A stretch of 64,000 nucleotides of DNA from Candidatus Babeliales bacterium (GTDB lineage: Bacteria > Babelota > Babeliae > Babelales > Vermiphilaceae): NCBI GenBank assembly GCA_963743635.1, contig CAVUQO010000003.1:544001-608000 (forward strand). Direction: 5' to 3'. The translations under genes and the position numbers were made by a program. The notes under the pieces are model-generated. The model was not told the origin of the DNA. It searched no databases and worked only from the letters and a program-made list of their open reading frames with translations. Position 1 is the stretch's first letter. Each line of letters opens with the position of its first letter. This document shows, piece after piece, positions 31,651 through 42,977 of this stretch.

Positions 31651-34079
31651 TTAGGTGGTTTTCTTAGTTGTTTTTCTTTTTTTCTTAGTTGCTTTTTTGA
31701 AAGGACTTTTTGCAAATGCATGAGCCAGTACATCGTCCATGGTATTTACAAAGATTATTTCAATACCTTCAAGATTGGTTTCTTTTAAGACGTCCTGTGC
31801 GTCATCAAAGTTTTCCTGAGGAACGATAACCTTTTTGATACCATGTTGTTTTGCAGCGAGCAGTTTTTCTTTGAGTCCACCAATACCAAGTACGCGTCCT
31901 TGCAAGGTAATTTCACCAGTCATGGCAAGATTCGGAGCAACCGGTATATGGGTTAATTCAGACACCAATGCACAGCACATAGTAATACCGGCAGATGGTC
32001 CATCTTTTGGCGTTGCGCCTTCGGGAATATGAAAATGAATATCTTTATTGGAGTAAAAGGAACGAGATAATCCAAGTTCTGTTGCACGTGCACGAATGTA
32101 ACTCAATGCCGCTTGCGCAGATTCTTGCATCACTTCGCCTAATTGTCCGGTCAGAGTTACTGATCCTTTACCAGGAATAACACTGGTTTCTATTTCAAGC
32201 ACATCGCCGCCAAGCTCAGTCCATGCAAGACCAGTTGCAATACCAGTCTTGTTTTTCAGGTTTGAAAGACTTGTCTTTTTATATTTTGGATGGCCAAGCC
32301 ATTCTTTAATGAGATCGGCGAGTTACGGTTACTGAGTTTGTTTTCGGATTCTTTAAGGAGAATCTGAATAGCTTTACGCATTAACTTGGTTAATACCCGT
32401 TCTAATTGCCGAACGCCTGCTTCCTTGGTGTATTCCGAAACAACAATTTTCAGAATATTTTCAGGGATTTTGCATTGTTGAGCAGTGAGTCCATATTCTT
32501 TCAATCCCTTTGGAATAAGGAATTTTTTAGCAATATCAATCTTTTCATCTTCGGTATAACCAGACAGAGTAATGATTTCCATACGATCAAATAATGGGTA
32601 AGGAATTCCCTCAATCATATTTGCTGTTGCAATGAACATTACGTTTGAAAGATCATATTCAAGATCTAAAAAGTGATCAACGAAATTTTTGTTTTGTTCC
32701 GGATCAAGCACTTCAAGTAATGCTGATGCAGGATCTCCATGCATATCGCGAGACATTTTATCGATTTCATCGAGTAAAATAACTGGATTAACTGTCTTTG
32801 CTTTTTTCATCGCTTGAATGATTTTACCTGGCAATGCACCAATGTAGGTACGGCGATGGCCACGAATTTCAGCTTCATCTTTGATACCACCGAGCGAAAT
32901 GCGAATAAATTCACGATTAGAACTATCTGCGATTGATTGCGCAAGCGATGTTTTACCAACGCCCGGCGGCCCCACTAAACAAATGATCGGAGATCGTTGC
33001 AGCGATTTTGAAAATTTTTTGGCAGCAACGAATTCAATAATACGCTCTTTTGCCTTTTGCAATCCTGCGTGATTCTTATTTAGGATCTTTTCAGCTTGAG
33101 TCAAACTAATTGTGTCTTTGCTTGTCTTGTGCCAAGGAAGAGAAATAATCCAATCAATATAGTGCCGGCTGACAACCGCTTCAGATGATAATGATGGCAT
33201 TTGCTCAAGGCGTTTTAATTCTTTTTCAACGCGATCAAAGGCTTCTTTTGATAACTGCAGTGATTTCATTTTGCTGCGAATTTGTGCGATTTCGAGCGAT
33301 TGATCTTCGCGCCCAAGTTCTTTTTGAATCGCTTTGATTTGTTCGGTTAAATAATATTCGCGTTGGCTTTTTTCAACTTGATTTTGAATGCGGCCACGAA
33401 TACGTTGTTCCGTTTCCAAAATATCAATTTCTTTGGTCAAGAATTGTGAAATATGAAGAATGCGATTTTTTAAATCAGGTATTTCAAGCAACTGTTGGCG
33501 TTCATCAAAAGAGAGATTGATGTGTACTGCAATCGTATCAGTGATGTAATCAATATCTTGTGCTGTTTTAACGGATGCAACGAGATCAGTAGGAGCCTCT
33601 TTGAGCTTTGCATACGCGACGTACAGTGTTTTAAGCTGGCGCCATAATGCTTGTAGCTCAGTTGAATCTTCGAGGCTGGTAGTGGGAAGATCTTCGATCT
33701 CGACACCGATAAAGGAGTTCATTTCTTGGGATTTTACGACGCGAGCGCGGCACAGGCCTTCAGCCAAAATCTTGAGGGCGCCATTGGGCATCCGCATAAC
33801 CTGCAAAATAGTTGAGCGGGTTCCGTATCTATATACATCATCAATGCCAGGATTTTCAACGGACTGATCCTTTTGTGCGGTAATAAAGATCGCCTTCTCA
33901 TTTTTAAGGGCAAACTCTACTGCCTGAATAGATGAAGAACGGCCAACAATGATCGGTATAATGCTTTTGGGCAGTATGACGACATTTTTCAATGGAAGCA
34001 GGGCTAGGAATTCTCCTTGTTCCTGTATGCTGTCTTGCAACGTCGCTTCGTGCAGAGCGTTATTTTCATTTTCAATCAT
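31651..34079 (-). CDS. lon: Lon protease, frameshift near 32300-32340
   Basis: LON N domain, GPPGVGKT, LLDEIDK, GLAWT, PKDGPSAG, GGLKEK. Confidence 0.96.
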
Positions 34080-34532
34080 AGAGAGACGTCCTATAAGAAC
34101 CTAAAAAAACTGTAGTTTTCAACACTAGGGCAAAGAGTCAGGCTCATTACCTTAGTATGTTAATATACCTGTTGAAGGAGTAGGGTGCAATAAACCTATA
34201 GCTATAACTTCTTTTAGTATACCATAAATCATCAGTTTGAAAAACTTTTCATTGAGGCAGTTTTTATAGCTATTGAGGCTATTGCTACCCCTATAGAAGG
34301 GCGATAGAAGGCGGCCCCCAAAGGTTTTTTAGGGGAAACAGCTGATAAGAGGCTCTGGGTAGGCCAAAATAAGAAGTTTTCAAAAAAGATCGGTTTCTTT
34401 TTACAAACAGCTATCCTTCTGGTAATATGAAACCCATAGTTCAATAGTCTTTTTTGGGATAATCTTTCATGTATTGTAATGTAACATACACAGATATAGA
34501 TACCTTAAAAAAGGACTGGTGGGGGTTCCATA

Positions 34533-35888
34533 ATGCTTAAGCGATTTGCGAGTGAGTGGTTTGGTGATTTTGATCGCCAAGAGCTGAAGAAATTTATTTT
34601 TCTTGGGGTCATTTTTGGCCTGGTAATCGGTATTTATTGGATTCTCAAGCCAGTTAAAGACGCGGTTTTTATGTCTATGGTAGGTGCCAAGAAAATTGGT
34701 CACGCCAAGATTTTTTCTCTGATCGCATTGTTTCCCGCTGTAATGATTTTGGGCAAACTGATCGATATGTTCCCTCGGCATCGTATTTTGTATGTTTTGG
34801 GCATTATCTATTCCTTACTGGCGCTCATTTTCGGGCTTTTGTTGGCTCATCCGACTATAGGCCTCGCTAACACCATGGTTCATTCAAGTCGAGTGCTTGG
34901 TTGGCTTTGGTATGTGTTTGTCGAAAGCTATGGATCTATTATGGTGGCCTCATTCTGGGCGTTTGCTATTGATATTACCCAACCTGAATCTGCAAAGCGT
35001 GGTTTTCCGCTTGTGGTATTGGTGGGGCAATTTTGCAGCCTCGTGAGTCCTTTATATCTGACGCCGCTTGTGAGCCCGGATCGATGGGGATCAAGTGCCT
35101 ACGTGGTTATGCTTTCTGCCGCTCTTATTTTGATGATTGTGGTATTGGTTGCACTCTTTATTCGCGTAACGCCAAAAGAGCAAATGATTGGCTATCATCA
35201 GGTAAAGGAGTCATCGCGTGAAAAGCCAGACTTCTTGAATGGTCTTAAGCTCCTTCTTTCTCGTCCCTATCTGATGGGCATCTTTACGATTATCGCAATT
35301 TATGAGATCGTTCTCACAATTTTAGATTTCCATTTCAAAAATTTTGTTGAGCTGACGGTGTTTGATACGTCGTCACGCGTCCTTTATTTAAATGATTATG
35401 CATTTTGGGTAAATATTATTGCTTGTGCATCTCTGGTGCTTGGACTCAGTAATATCCAGCGTCGTTTAGGCGTGAGTGTTTCTTTGGCATTGATGCCGTG
35501 TATTGTTGCGGTAGCGGTGTGCAGCTTTTTTATGTATCCAGAAATTAAAGTTTTATTTTGGATCATGGTTGGTGCGAAAGCTATGCATTATGCCCTCAAT
35601 GGTCCATCAATTAAGCAGTTATATGTGCCAACAAGCACTGATGTTAAATATAAATCACAAGCGTGGATCGAAACGTTTGGTTCGCGTGTATCAAGAGGCG
35701 TTGGTTCGAGTATCAATATGCTGCTTGAGCCGTTTACCAATTGGTTTGGGCTTAGTGCAGGCCTGATGTTTCATATTGCAACAAGTTCAATGCTTTCCCT
35801 CGGCATGTTGATCGTATGGTTCGGCGTTGCATTGTATCTTGGTAAGGAGTATGGAAAGGCCGTAGAAGAAGATCGCGTAGTGTGTTAG
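34533..35888 (+). CDS. ATP/ADP translocase-like nucleotide transporter (Tlc/Ntt)
   Basis: LKPVKDAVF, FWAFA...AKRGF, LYVPTSTDVKYKSQAWIE; about 12 TMs. Confidence 0.88.
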   Translation: MLKRFASEWFGDFDRQELKKFIFLGVIFGLVIGIYWILKPVKDAVFMSMVGAKKIGHAKIFSLIALFPAVMILGKLIDMFPRHRILYVLGIIYSLLALIFGLLLAHPTIGLANTMVHSSRVLGWLWYVFVESYGSIMVASFWAFAIDITQPESAKRGFPLVVLVGQFCSLVSPLYLTPLVSPDRWGSSAYVVMLSAALILMIVVLVALFIRVTPKEQMIGYHQVKESSREKPDFLNGLKLLLSRPYLMGIFTIIAIYEIVLTILDFHFKNFVELTVFDTSSRVLYLNDYAFWVNIIACASLVLGLSNIQRRLGVSVSLALMPCIVAVAVCSFFMYPEIKVLFWIMVGAKAMHYALNGPSIKQLYVPTSTDVKYKSQAWIETFGSRVSRGVGSSINMLLEPFTNWFGLSAGLMFHIATSSMLSLGMLIVWFGVALYLGKEYGKAVEEDRVVC

Positions 35889-35938
35889 TGCGTAATTTAC
35901 AATAAAACAAACCCTTAGTGGCTATGAAAGGTAAATGG

Positions 35939-37399
35939 ATGAGTTCTGAATCCATGCAACAAGAAAAAGTGGTAGTGACCTATAGTAAAGAGCAAGAGCT
36001 TTATTATGAACGTTTGAAGTTGTTATTTTTGTGGATAGCATTTTTCTTTATTGTTGGTTCGTATACAGTCGCAAAAGAATTAAAAGATTCGGTTTTTGTA
36101 TTTATTGTGGGACGTGCTTATATAGGCTACGCGAAAATGGCAACATTGTTTGTCTTTATTCCCGCCATTTTGCTCTATTCAAAGCTCGTTGATAAAATGC
36201 GTCGTTACTATTTGCTCTGTGCATATAGTGCCTTTTATGCGCTCAGTGGCCTCATGTTCGTCTATTTTCTCGGAGATGCTGCGATTGGTATTCCCAATGC
36301 CATCACGAGCCCGTATCGTATTGTGGGTTGGTTATTTTACTTTTTTGTTGAAGGGTATTCGCCCTTTGTAGTCAGTGTCTATTGGTCCTTTTTGAACTCA
36401 GTGAGCAGTCCTGAAACCGCCAAAAGTTATGGATTTCTGGTTTCTGGATCAAAAGTGGGTGGTATGGTCGCCTCTGCAGCTGCATGGTATTTTTTGATGC
36501 CAGTGTCTGCTACAGGTCAACTGATGTATTCAGATACGGTTAATCATCAAATTTTGCTGTTCATTGCATCTATGCTGCTTCTCTGTGTGCCCATTGTTAT
36601 TTTGATAATGATGAAAAAGATCCCGGGACGATTCCTGCATGGGTATGAAGCGGTATACCAGATTGAAAAAGAAAAAGTTAAGCACGGCGAATCAGAAACT
36701 GGTATGTTTGCGGGGCTTAAAATGCTCGTTAAGTACCCATATGTGTTGGGTATTTTCTGTATGGTATTCTTCTATGAGGTGGTGACCACCGTGTTGAGCG
36801 TGATGCGTATTTGCATTGCTCAAGATTCAACCAGTTCCATGTCCGGCGCCACGGGTGCTTTATTTGAAGGTATTTTTTGGGTTCACGCGGTTGGATTTGT
36901 TATCTCATTGATTGGGACGAGTGCATTGGTCAGATGGTTGGGTGAAAAACGGTGTTTGATGCTCATACCAATTTCCAGCGGATTGTTGCTTGCCTATTTC
37001 ATGCTGAGTTATATCGATATGTTTGCCTTTTGTACTAATGCACGGGCTGTGATGATTGGATATATTGGCCTCAAGGCTATTAACTATGCTTTTAGCTCTC
37101 CGGTCAGAGAAAGCCTTTATATACCGACAGTTAAAGAAATTAAGTTTAAATCAAAATCATGGATTGATGCCTTTGGTAGTAAATTGGGCAAATTCAATGG
37201 TGCAACGTTCAATACGTTCTCTATTTGGATGGGTCAAGCCTCATTTGTTGCAGTCCATGCCGCATTCTTTGGGCTTATAACCCTCCTTTGGTTGCTGACT
37301 GCATACCTGTTGGGCCGTCGCTTTGAACAGGCAGTGAGCAATAATGAGGTTATTGGGGTGGATAAGGATCCCTCTGAGGGAGACCAGGCCGCTGAGTAA
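35939..37399 (+). CDS. Second Tlc/Ntt nucleotide transporter
   Basis: KELKDSVF, LYIPTVKEIKFKSKSWIDAFG. Confidence 0.88.
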   Translation: MSSESMQQEKVVVTYSKEQELYYERLKLLFLWIAFFFIVGSYTVAKELKDSVFVFIVGRAYIGYAKMATLFVFIPAILLYSKLVDKMRRYYLLCAYSAFYALSGLMFVYFLGDAAIGIPNAITSPYRIVGWLFYFFVEGYSPFVVSVYWSFLNSVSSPETAKSYGFLVSGSKVGGMVASAAAWYFLMPVSATGQLMYSDTVNHQILLFIASMLLLCVPIVILIMMKKIPGRFLHGYEAVYQIEKEKVKHGESETGMFAGLKMLVKYPYVLGIFCMVFFYEVVTTVLSVMRICIAQDSTSSMSGATGALFEGIFWVHAVGFVISLIGTSALVRWLGEKRCLMLIPISSGLLLAYFMLSYIDMFAFCTNARAVMIGYIGLKAINYAFSSPVRESLYIPTVKEIKFKSKSWIDAFGSKLGKFNGATFNTFSIWMGQASFVAVHAAFFGLITLLWLLTAYLLGRRFEQAVSNNEVIGVDKDPSEGDQAAE

Positions 37400-37458
37400 T
37401 TGATTGCTTTTTTGCGTACTTTTGATACAATTTTGATCAAGTTTATCTATATATATGC

Positions 37459-37504
37459 GCTTTTATAACAGAGGTGGCTTCTGACTGAGTCAGGCCATAA
37501 AAGC
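37459..37504 (+). promoter_or_regulatory. rpsB leader hairpin (possible S2 autoregulatory site)
   Basis: gcttttat / ataaaagc outer stem, ctgac / gtcag inner stem. Confidence 0.45.
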
Positions 37505-37534
37505 CATAAGGAAATAACCTCTTAAGGAAAAACA

Positions 37535-38497
37535 ATGGCAGATTCTAAAGAATTCTTTAAAGAATTAGTTGCGGTCGGGATACATTTCGGGCATGAAAAA
37601 CGCCGATGGTGTCCTAAAATGGCTCCTTATATCTGGGGCAGTAAAAACAACATTCATTTAATTGATGTGTCAAAAACAGCTTATCAGCTTGAAAAGTCAG
37701 CAAAGTTTCTTGAAGGCATTGCGCGCGAAGGCAAAACCATTCTATGGGTTGGTACCAAGAAGGCTGCTCAAGGCGTTATTCGTGAAATGTCAGCTAAGCT
37801 TAACATGCCATGCGTACACCATCGTTGGATTGGTGGTACGTTAAGTAACTTCTCGCAAGTAAAAAAATCAGTGACTAAAATGCTTCATTTTGAAGATGTA
37901 GTCGAAAAAGCGGAAAAATACCCGCATTATACTAAAAAAGAAATCAATACCATTCATAAGAGTGCAGAACGTTTACGTAAGAACGTTGGTGGCATCCGTA
38001 CATTGACATGGCCTGTTGGCGCGATCGTTATTATCGATGCTGGCAGAGAAAAAGCTACATTGCGTGAAGCAGTGAGTGTTGGTGTTCCGGTAGTAGCATT
38101 GGTTGATACCAACTGCGATCCATCAGGTATCGATTACGTAATTCCTGGTAACGATGATGCTCCACGCGCTATTCGCTATATCGTAGAGTATCTTGGACAA
38201 GCAGCTGAAAAAGGACAACTAGAAGCTCAAGCTGCTGCCAAGGAAAAGAAAGAACGCGAAGCATTAGAAAAACAAAAAGAAGCTGAAGAGCGCGCGGCTA
38301 AAAAAGCTGCAACAGCAAAAACCGAAGTAAAAACTGAGGCTAAGCCTGTTGAAAAAGCTTCTACAGAAGAAAAAGAAACAAAGCCAGCTTTTGAAAAGAA
38401 GACAGCTCCAAGATCACCTGATAACAAGCCACGTACCGGTACAGCGTTTAAAAAGCCTGTAGCAAAAAAACCAGCTCCTGCTCCAAAAAAGAAGTAG
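37535..38497 (+). CDS. rpsB: 30S ribosomal protein S2 with long Lys/Ala/Glu tail
   Basis: HFGH, VGTK, RWIGGTLSNF, VDTNCDP, PGNDD. Confidence 0.97.
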   Translation: MADSKEFFKELVAVGIHFGHEKRRWCPKMAPYIWGSKNNIHLIDVSKTAYQLEKSAKFLEGIAREGKTILWVGTKKAAQGVIREMSAKLNMPCVHHRWIGGTLSNFSQVKKSVTKMLHFEDVVEKAEKYPHYTKKEINTIHKSAERLRKNVGGIRTLTWPVGAIVIIDAGREKATLREAVSVGVPVVALVDTNCDPSGIDYVIPGNDDAPRAIRYIVEYLGQAAEKGQLEAQAAAKEKKEREALEKQKEAEERAAKKAATAKTEVKTEAKPVEKASTEEKETKPAFEKKTAPRSPDNKPRTGTAFKKPVAKKPAPAPKKK

Positions 38498-38525
38498 TTG
38501 GCGTACTTGTTATTAGATAGATTCA

Positions 38526-38614
38526 GGAGAGGTGTCTGAGTGGTCGAAAGAGCACGATTGGAAATCGTGTATGTCTCGAAAGGGGCATCGAGGGTTCGAA
38601 TCCCTCTCTCTCCA
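38526..38614 (+). tRNA. tRNA-Ser(GGA), CCA not encoded
   Basis: GGAGAGG acceptor, anticodon arm cacga-ttGGAaa-tcgtg, long variable arm, TTCGAAT loop. Confidence 0.95.
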
Positions 38615-38771
38615 GTCTACGCTCATCCGGGCCTTCAGGCTCGGCAAGCTTCGTCTGGCTTCGCCACCTTTTTAAAGGATGTTAGCTTTAAGAGCAAAAA
38701 ATGATAAAGCGGAGACTGTCCGACTGCGTGCGACGTAGCTGAAAGCGTAGACGTAAGAAGGCGAAGACGGG
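38615..38771 (+). repeat. tRNA-abutting GC-rich repeat (gtagc...gcgaag family)
   Basis: gtctacgctc...gcttcgtctggcttcgcc and gacgtagc...gcgaagacggg; related to 38992-39050. Confidence 0.5.
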
Positions 38772-38846
38772 ATTCCGTATAAAAAACCCAGTGTTTTGAG
38801 AGTTAACATTCTTAGAAATTCTGGAACAAAGTTAGATAAAAAATTT

Positions 38847-38932
38847 GGGGAAGTGTGTAAAGGATATTTGCTTAATCTGTCAGGCCTGAAAGGGAGCAGC
38901 AGGAGTAAATTAATTCTTGTACAGGCTTCCCC
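38847..38932 (+). ncRNA. ffs: SRP RNA (4.5S)
   Basis: Helix-8 motif tcagg..gaaa..agcagc inside a long hairpin closed by ggggaag / cttcccc; tRNA-Ser-ffs-dnaX synteny. Confidence 0.88.
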
Positions 38933-39096
38933 TTTATTCTATCTCGCAAAATGATATTATTTTAAACAGCTTGAGCAAAGCGAGTAGAATAACCCGACGT
39001 AGCAAAACACTTCCTGAGGTAAAACTTCGAAGTATTAGCGTAGCCTGGGTAGTTTCGAATTCATTATTCACCATAAGTTCGTCGGTTGTATACATC

Positions 39097-40887
39097 ATGA
39101 GTAGCGTAAATCTCAATCTAGCACGTAAATGGCGATCAAAATCGTTCGACCGCATTGTTGGTCAGGATTTGCTGATTCGCATGCTCAAAAACAGTTTGTT
39201 TTTGGGACAATATTTTCCGGTTTATTTATTTGCCGGGCAACGTGGATGTGGTAAAACTACAACCGCGCGTGTTTTTGCGGCCGCAGTAAATTGTGAGCGA
39301 TTAGCAGATTTTAAAAAACAACCAAAAGAGTTTACCGTTCCGTGTTTGACGTGTGCATCATGTCAGGCAATGGCGGCAGGTAAACATCCCGATTTCATTG
39401 AAATCGATGCAGCATCTCATACAGGCGTTGATAATATTCGCCAAATCATAGATGCGGCATCATTATTGCCACTTATGGGGCAGAAAAAAATTTATTTGAT
39501 CGATGAAGCGCATATGCTCAGCAAAGCAGCATTTAATGCGTTACTCAAAATTCTTGAAGAGCCGCCAATGTCGGTGCTCTTTATTTTGGCAACTACCGAT
39601 GCACAAAAAATTATTGAAACGGTTCGATCTCGTTGTTTTCAGCTGTTTTTCAAGCCGATTGAAACAGCTTCATTGTTCAATCATTTAGTGCACGTCTGCG
39701 AAACAGAAAATATAAAATTTGCAGAAGATGGACTCTATACCATTATTCGTGAATCGGAAGGTTCTGCGCGTGATGCATTAAATCTTTTAGAGCAGGTTCG
39801 TTTTTCAAGTGCTGTAGTTTCAAAACAGAATGTACTTGCGGTTCTTGGGCATATTGATGATGGTCAGATTGTAAAGTTGCTTGAAATTTTACTCTGTAAA
39901 TCGCCGCAGGAATTCATACAATATTTGCATGATATTTCGTTTGAATCGATCACAGCAGAATTTGTCTGGAACCGTTTGATTGATGTAGTCCGTGCAGCAT
40001 TGTGGACCAAGTATGGTGTGCAAGCAGCGCAATTTAGTGAGCATCAATCAGCGCTTAAACGTTTGATTAAAAATTGCACTGGACAGCAGCTTAATATGCT
40101 ATTGCATCTCTTGTACGATAACGAAGCATTATTCCTGAAAACTAAATCAAAGCATGCATGCATGGAAATGATTCTGCTGCAAATGCTGTATAAGAAAAAT
40201 AGCAATAATGATGATTCAGGCCGTTCATCGCTCTTACAATCATCAGTTGCAGCTGAAGAGGTTGCTCTTGATGATGAAGAATATGAAGATGAAGATGAGC
40301 AAGAAGATGATGAAGAGCAAGAAGAAGTGCAGCAAGTAAGCGGTGTGATGCAGCGAGCGCCAAACGCTGCGCTCAACATTCCCGGGCTTGCAGCATGGAA
40401 TACGTTTGTGAATGCGGTGATGCAAAGCGGCGATCCGTTATTGGGTTCGGTTGTAAAACAAGCGCGCTTTATGCAGTATGATGAACAGACGCGTAAACTT
40501 GACGTTGTATTTGCAAAAGATTTTCTCTTCTTTAAAGATTTGCTCGATGATACAGAAAAAGCCTGGTTACCACTTGTTACAACAATCATTTTTGGCGCCG
40601 GTAAAGTTTGAGCCGCGCTTTGATGGCACGATATCAGAACGTACGGTGACTGCGCAACCAAAATCAACAATTCCAATGCCTGAAATGGTACGGAAAGCTC
40701 CAGCTCAGGCGACTCAATCATCGCAACAACGTCCGGCACATATAAACCAAAATCAGCGTCGCATGCAGCGGCAGCACCACATGTGAAAGCAACGGTTGTT
40801 GATGTTTCAAATGCATCAGAATGGCCGACTGCAACTTTGTTACTAGAATATTTTCCCGGCGTAATTACTGAAATGCGTGATAATTAA
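39097..40887 (+). CDS. dnaX: DNA polymerase III gamma/tau, two apparent 3' frameshifts
   Basis: LARKWR, GQRGCGKTT, EIDAAS, DEAHMLS, EEPP, SRC. Confidence 0.93.
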
Positions 40888-40888
40888 T

Positions 40889-42219
40889 ATGAAATTAGCT
40901 ACGAAAAATCTTCCGAGTGTTGTTATTGTAGGTCGTACCAATGTTGGTAAGTCTACCTTATTTAATCGTATGTCATGCAGACGTTAAGAGTTTGACGCAT
41001 GATCGTTGCGGGTGTTACCCGTGATTTTTTGCATGATACGGTTTGTTGGAAAAATGTAAGTTTTGAGTTAGCTGATACTGGCGGTATTTCACTCAGCCCG
41101 ACCAAAGATATTATTTTAGAGCAAGTGCGTCAGCAGGCATTACAGCTTATTGATGGTGCGGATTTGGTATTACTGGTCTGTGATGGTACGGTTGGTGTCA
41201 TGCCCGAAGATCGCGACTTGGCCAAAATGTTACATAAATTGGGCAAACAAGTTATTCTCGTCATCAATAAAGGTGATTGTAAAATTACCGAATCATATAT
41301 GCATGAATTTACTAAGCTCGGACACAAGTTGATTATGACCGTGTCGGCACAGCATGGTACCGGGTGTGATGATTTGGAAGACGAAATCATAGCATTGCTG
41401 CCTAAACATAAAAAAATTAAAGAAGAGCCTGTAGCCTTTAATATTGTGCTGCTTGGAAAACCAAACGTCGGTAAATCATCATTGATTAACGAACTTTTAA
41501 AACAAGATCGCATGATTGTAAATGATCAGCCAGGAACTACGCGAGAAGCAGTTTCTGAACGTATTACTTTTCATAAAGCCGATATTCAAATTACCGATAC
41601 TCCAGGACTTCGCCGTAAACGAGGCGTCACTGAACCGCTTGAACAGATGATGACCAAAAGTTCATTACGGGCGGTTGATGATGCAGATATTATTTTGCTG
41701 CTCGTTGACGTGTCTCAAGGAGAAATCAGCGATCAAGAATTGAAATTAGCCTTTTATGTACTTGAAAAACATAAGGCGCTCATCATGCTCTTTAATAAGT
41801 ATGATCTTCTTGAAGAAGATGACTATGCATTGCAACGGCTTGAATCAAGTCTTGAAAAATATCCTCAACTAACCAAACGCGCGATCAGACTCAATATTTC
41901 ATGCAAATCTGGCAAGAATATCGGTAAGATTATGACAGCGGTGCAAGAGGTCTGGGAGCGGCATTCGCAAACGCTTCCAAACGAAGAAATTTCCGCGCTG
42001 CTGACTGAAGCAATATCAGCAAAGCCATTATATCATAAAACTAATCCTCTTATTGTCTACAAGGCAAAACAGGTGGCTAAGGCACCCATCACCATCGTGA
42101 TGATCGTGAATCAACCGCAATGGTTTGAGGATTCACAACTCGCCTTTTTTGAGAATGTCATGCGTAAAAAATATGACCTGCGTGGCGTTCCGGTGCGGAT
42201 TTTAACCCGCAAAAAATAG
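40889..42219 (+). CDS. der: Ribosome biogenesis GTPase Der, frameshift near 40990
   Basis: GRTNVGKS...GVTRD, DTGG, second GKPNVGKS, DTPG, KH-like tail. Confidence 0.95.
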
Positions 42220-42300
42220 CTTTCTTTTTTCAGAGCCATCCTTTTGGTGTAGACTCCTTGAATGTGTATTACGTAACAGGTATAGCTATTAAGGAGCAGT

Positions 42301-42645
42301 ATGGAAACTAAAGTTACCTTTCGCCGTATGGAGCATTCTGACGTTGTGGAAGATTATGCTGGGCGTCAGTTGCAAAAAGTGTATGAATTCTTATCCAATG
42401 AGCGGGATCCGGTCTATATAAATATTACTTTTGAACCATCACATGTACATGCGCATCATAGGGTTGAGTTGCAGGTTAAATCACCGCACTATGATCTGAT
42501 GGCTCACCGTGAAGGGCCTGAATTTTATGATCTTATCGATCAAGTAGTCGATATTATGTACCACAATCTTCATGAAGAAAAGCGCAAGGAACTCGACGAA
42601 CGCAAAATGCGTGGCCGTCATGAGGAATTCAAAAAACAACGATAA
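42301..42645 (+). CDS. hpf: Ribosome hibernation factor HPF/RaiA
   Basis: S30AE-like pattern (TFRRMEHS...FYDLIDQ). Confidence 0.75.
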   Translation: METKVTFRRMEHSDVVEDYAGRQLQKVYEFLSNERDPVYINITFEPSHVHAHHRVELQVKSPHYDLMAHREGPEFYDLIDQVVDIMYHNLHEEKRKELDERKMRGRHEEFKKQR

Positions 42646-42670
42646 ATAACCATTCTGTTTCCAGATAACA

Positions 42671-42704
42671 AAACGAAGGGCGAGAGATAATACCTCTCGC
42701 CCTT
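42671..42704 (+). repeat. 34-bp direct repeat, left copy (terminator hairpin)
   Basis: aaacgaagggcgagagataatacctctcgccctt, identical to 45385-45418. Confidence 0.92.
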
Positions 42705-42977
42705 TTTCATGTCTCACGCTTTCTACTAGCCCCCGAGAAAAAGCGCTTTCATTTGCAGGTTTGGACAGGTTCAAAAAGGCCTTGGTTGGCCCTCACTTGC
42801 ATTTATTTCAGTTATGGCTCTATTGGTGGCTTTTTCGCCTATAATTATTCCGAGAACCCCCTAAAAATAGCTGTTTTGCCCCCCGTGCACGAGGGCCGGG
42901 GCTGTTGTTATATATTTTCAATCTGATAATATAATAGATAAGAAACAGAATTTTATAGATAATTGGAGGTTAGTACC

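Noticed and set aside
38917..39096. N-terminal extension of DnaX in the ORF track
   Set aside because: Overlaps the SRP RNA end and a repeat; the conserved start is MSSVNLNLARKWR at 39097.
40560..40800. Programmed dnaX tau/gamma frameshift
   Set aside because: No A-AAA-AAG or long A-run slippery site at the breaks, and similar indels occur in many other genes; likely sequencing error.
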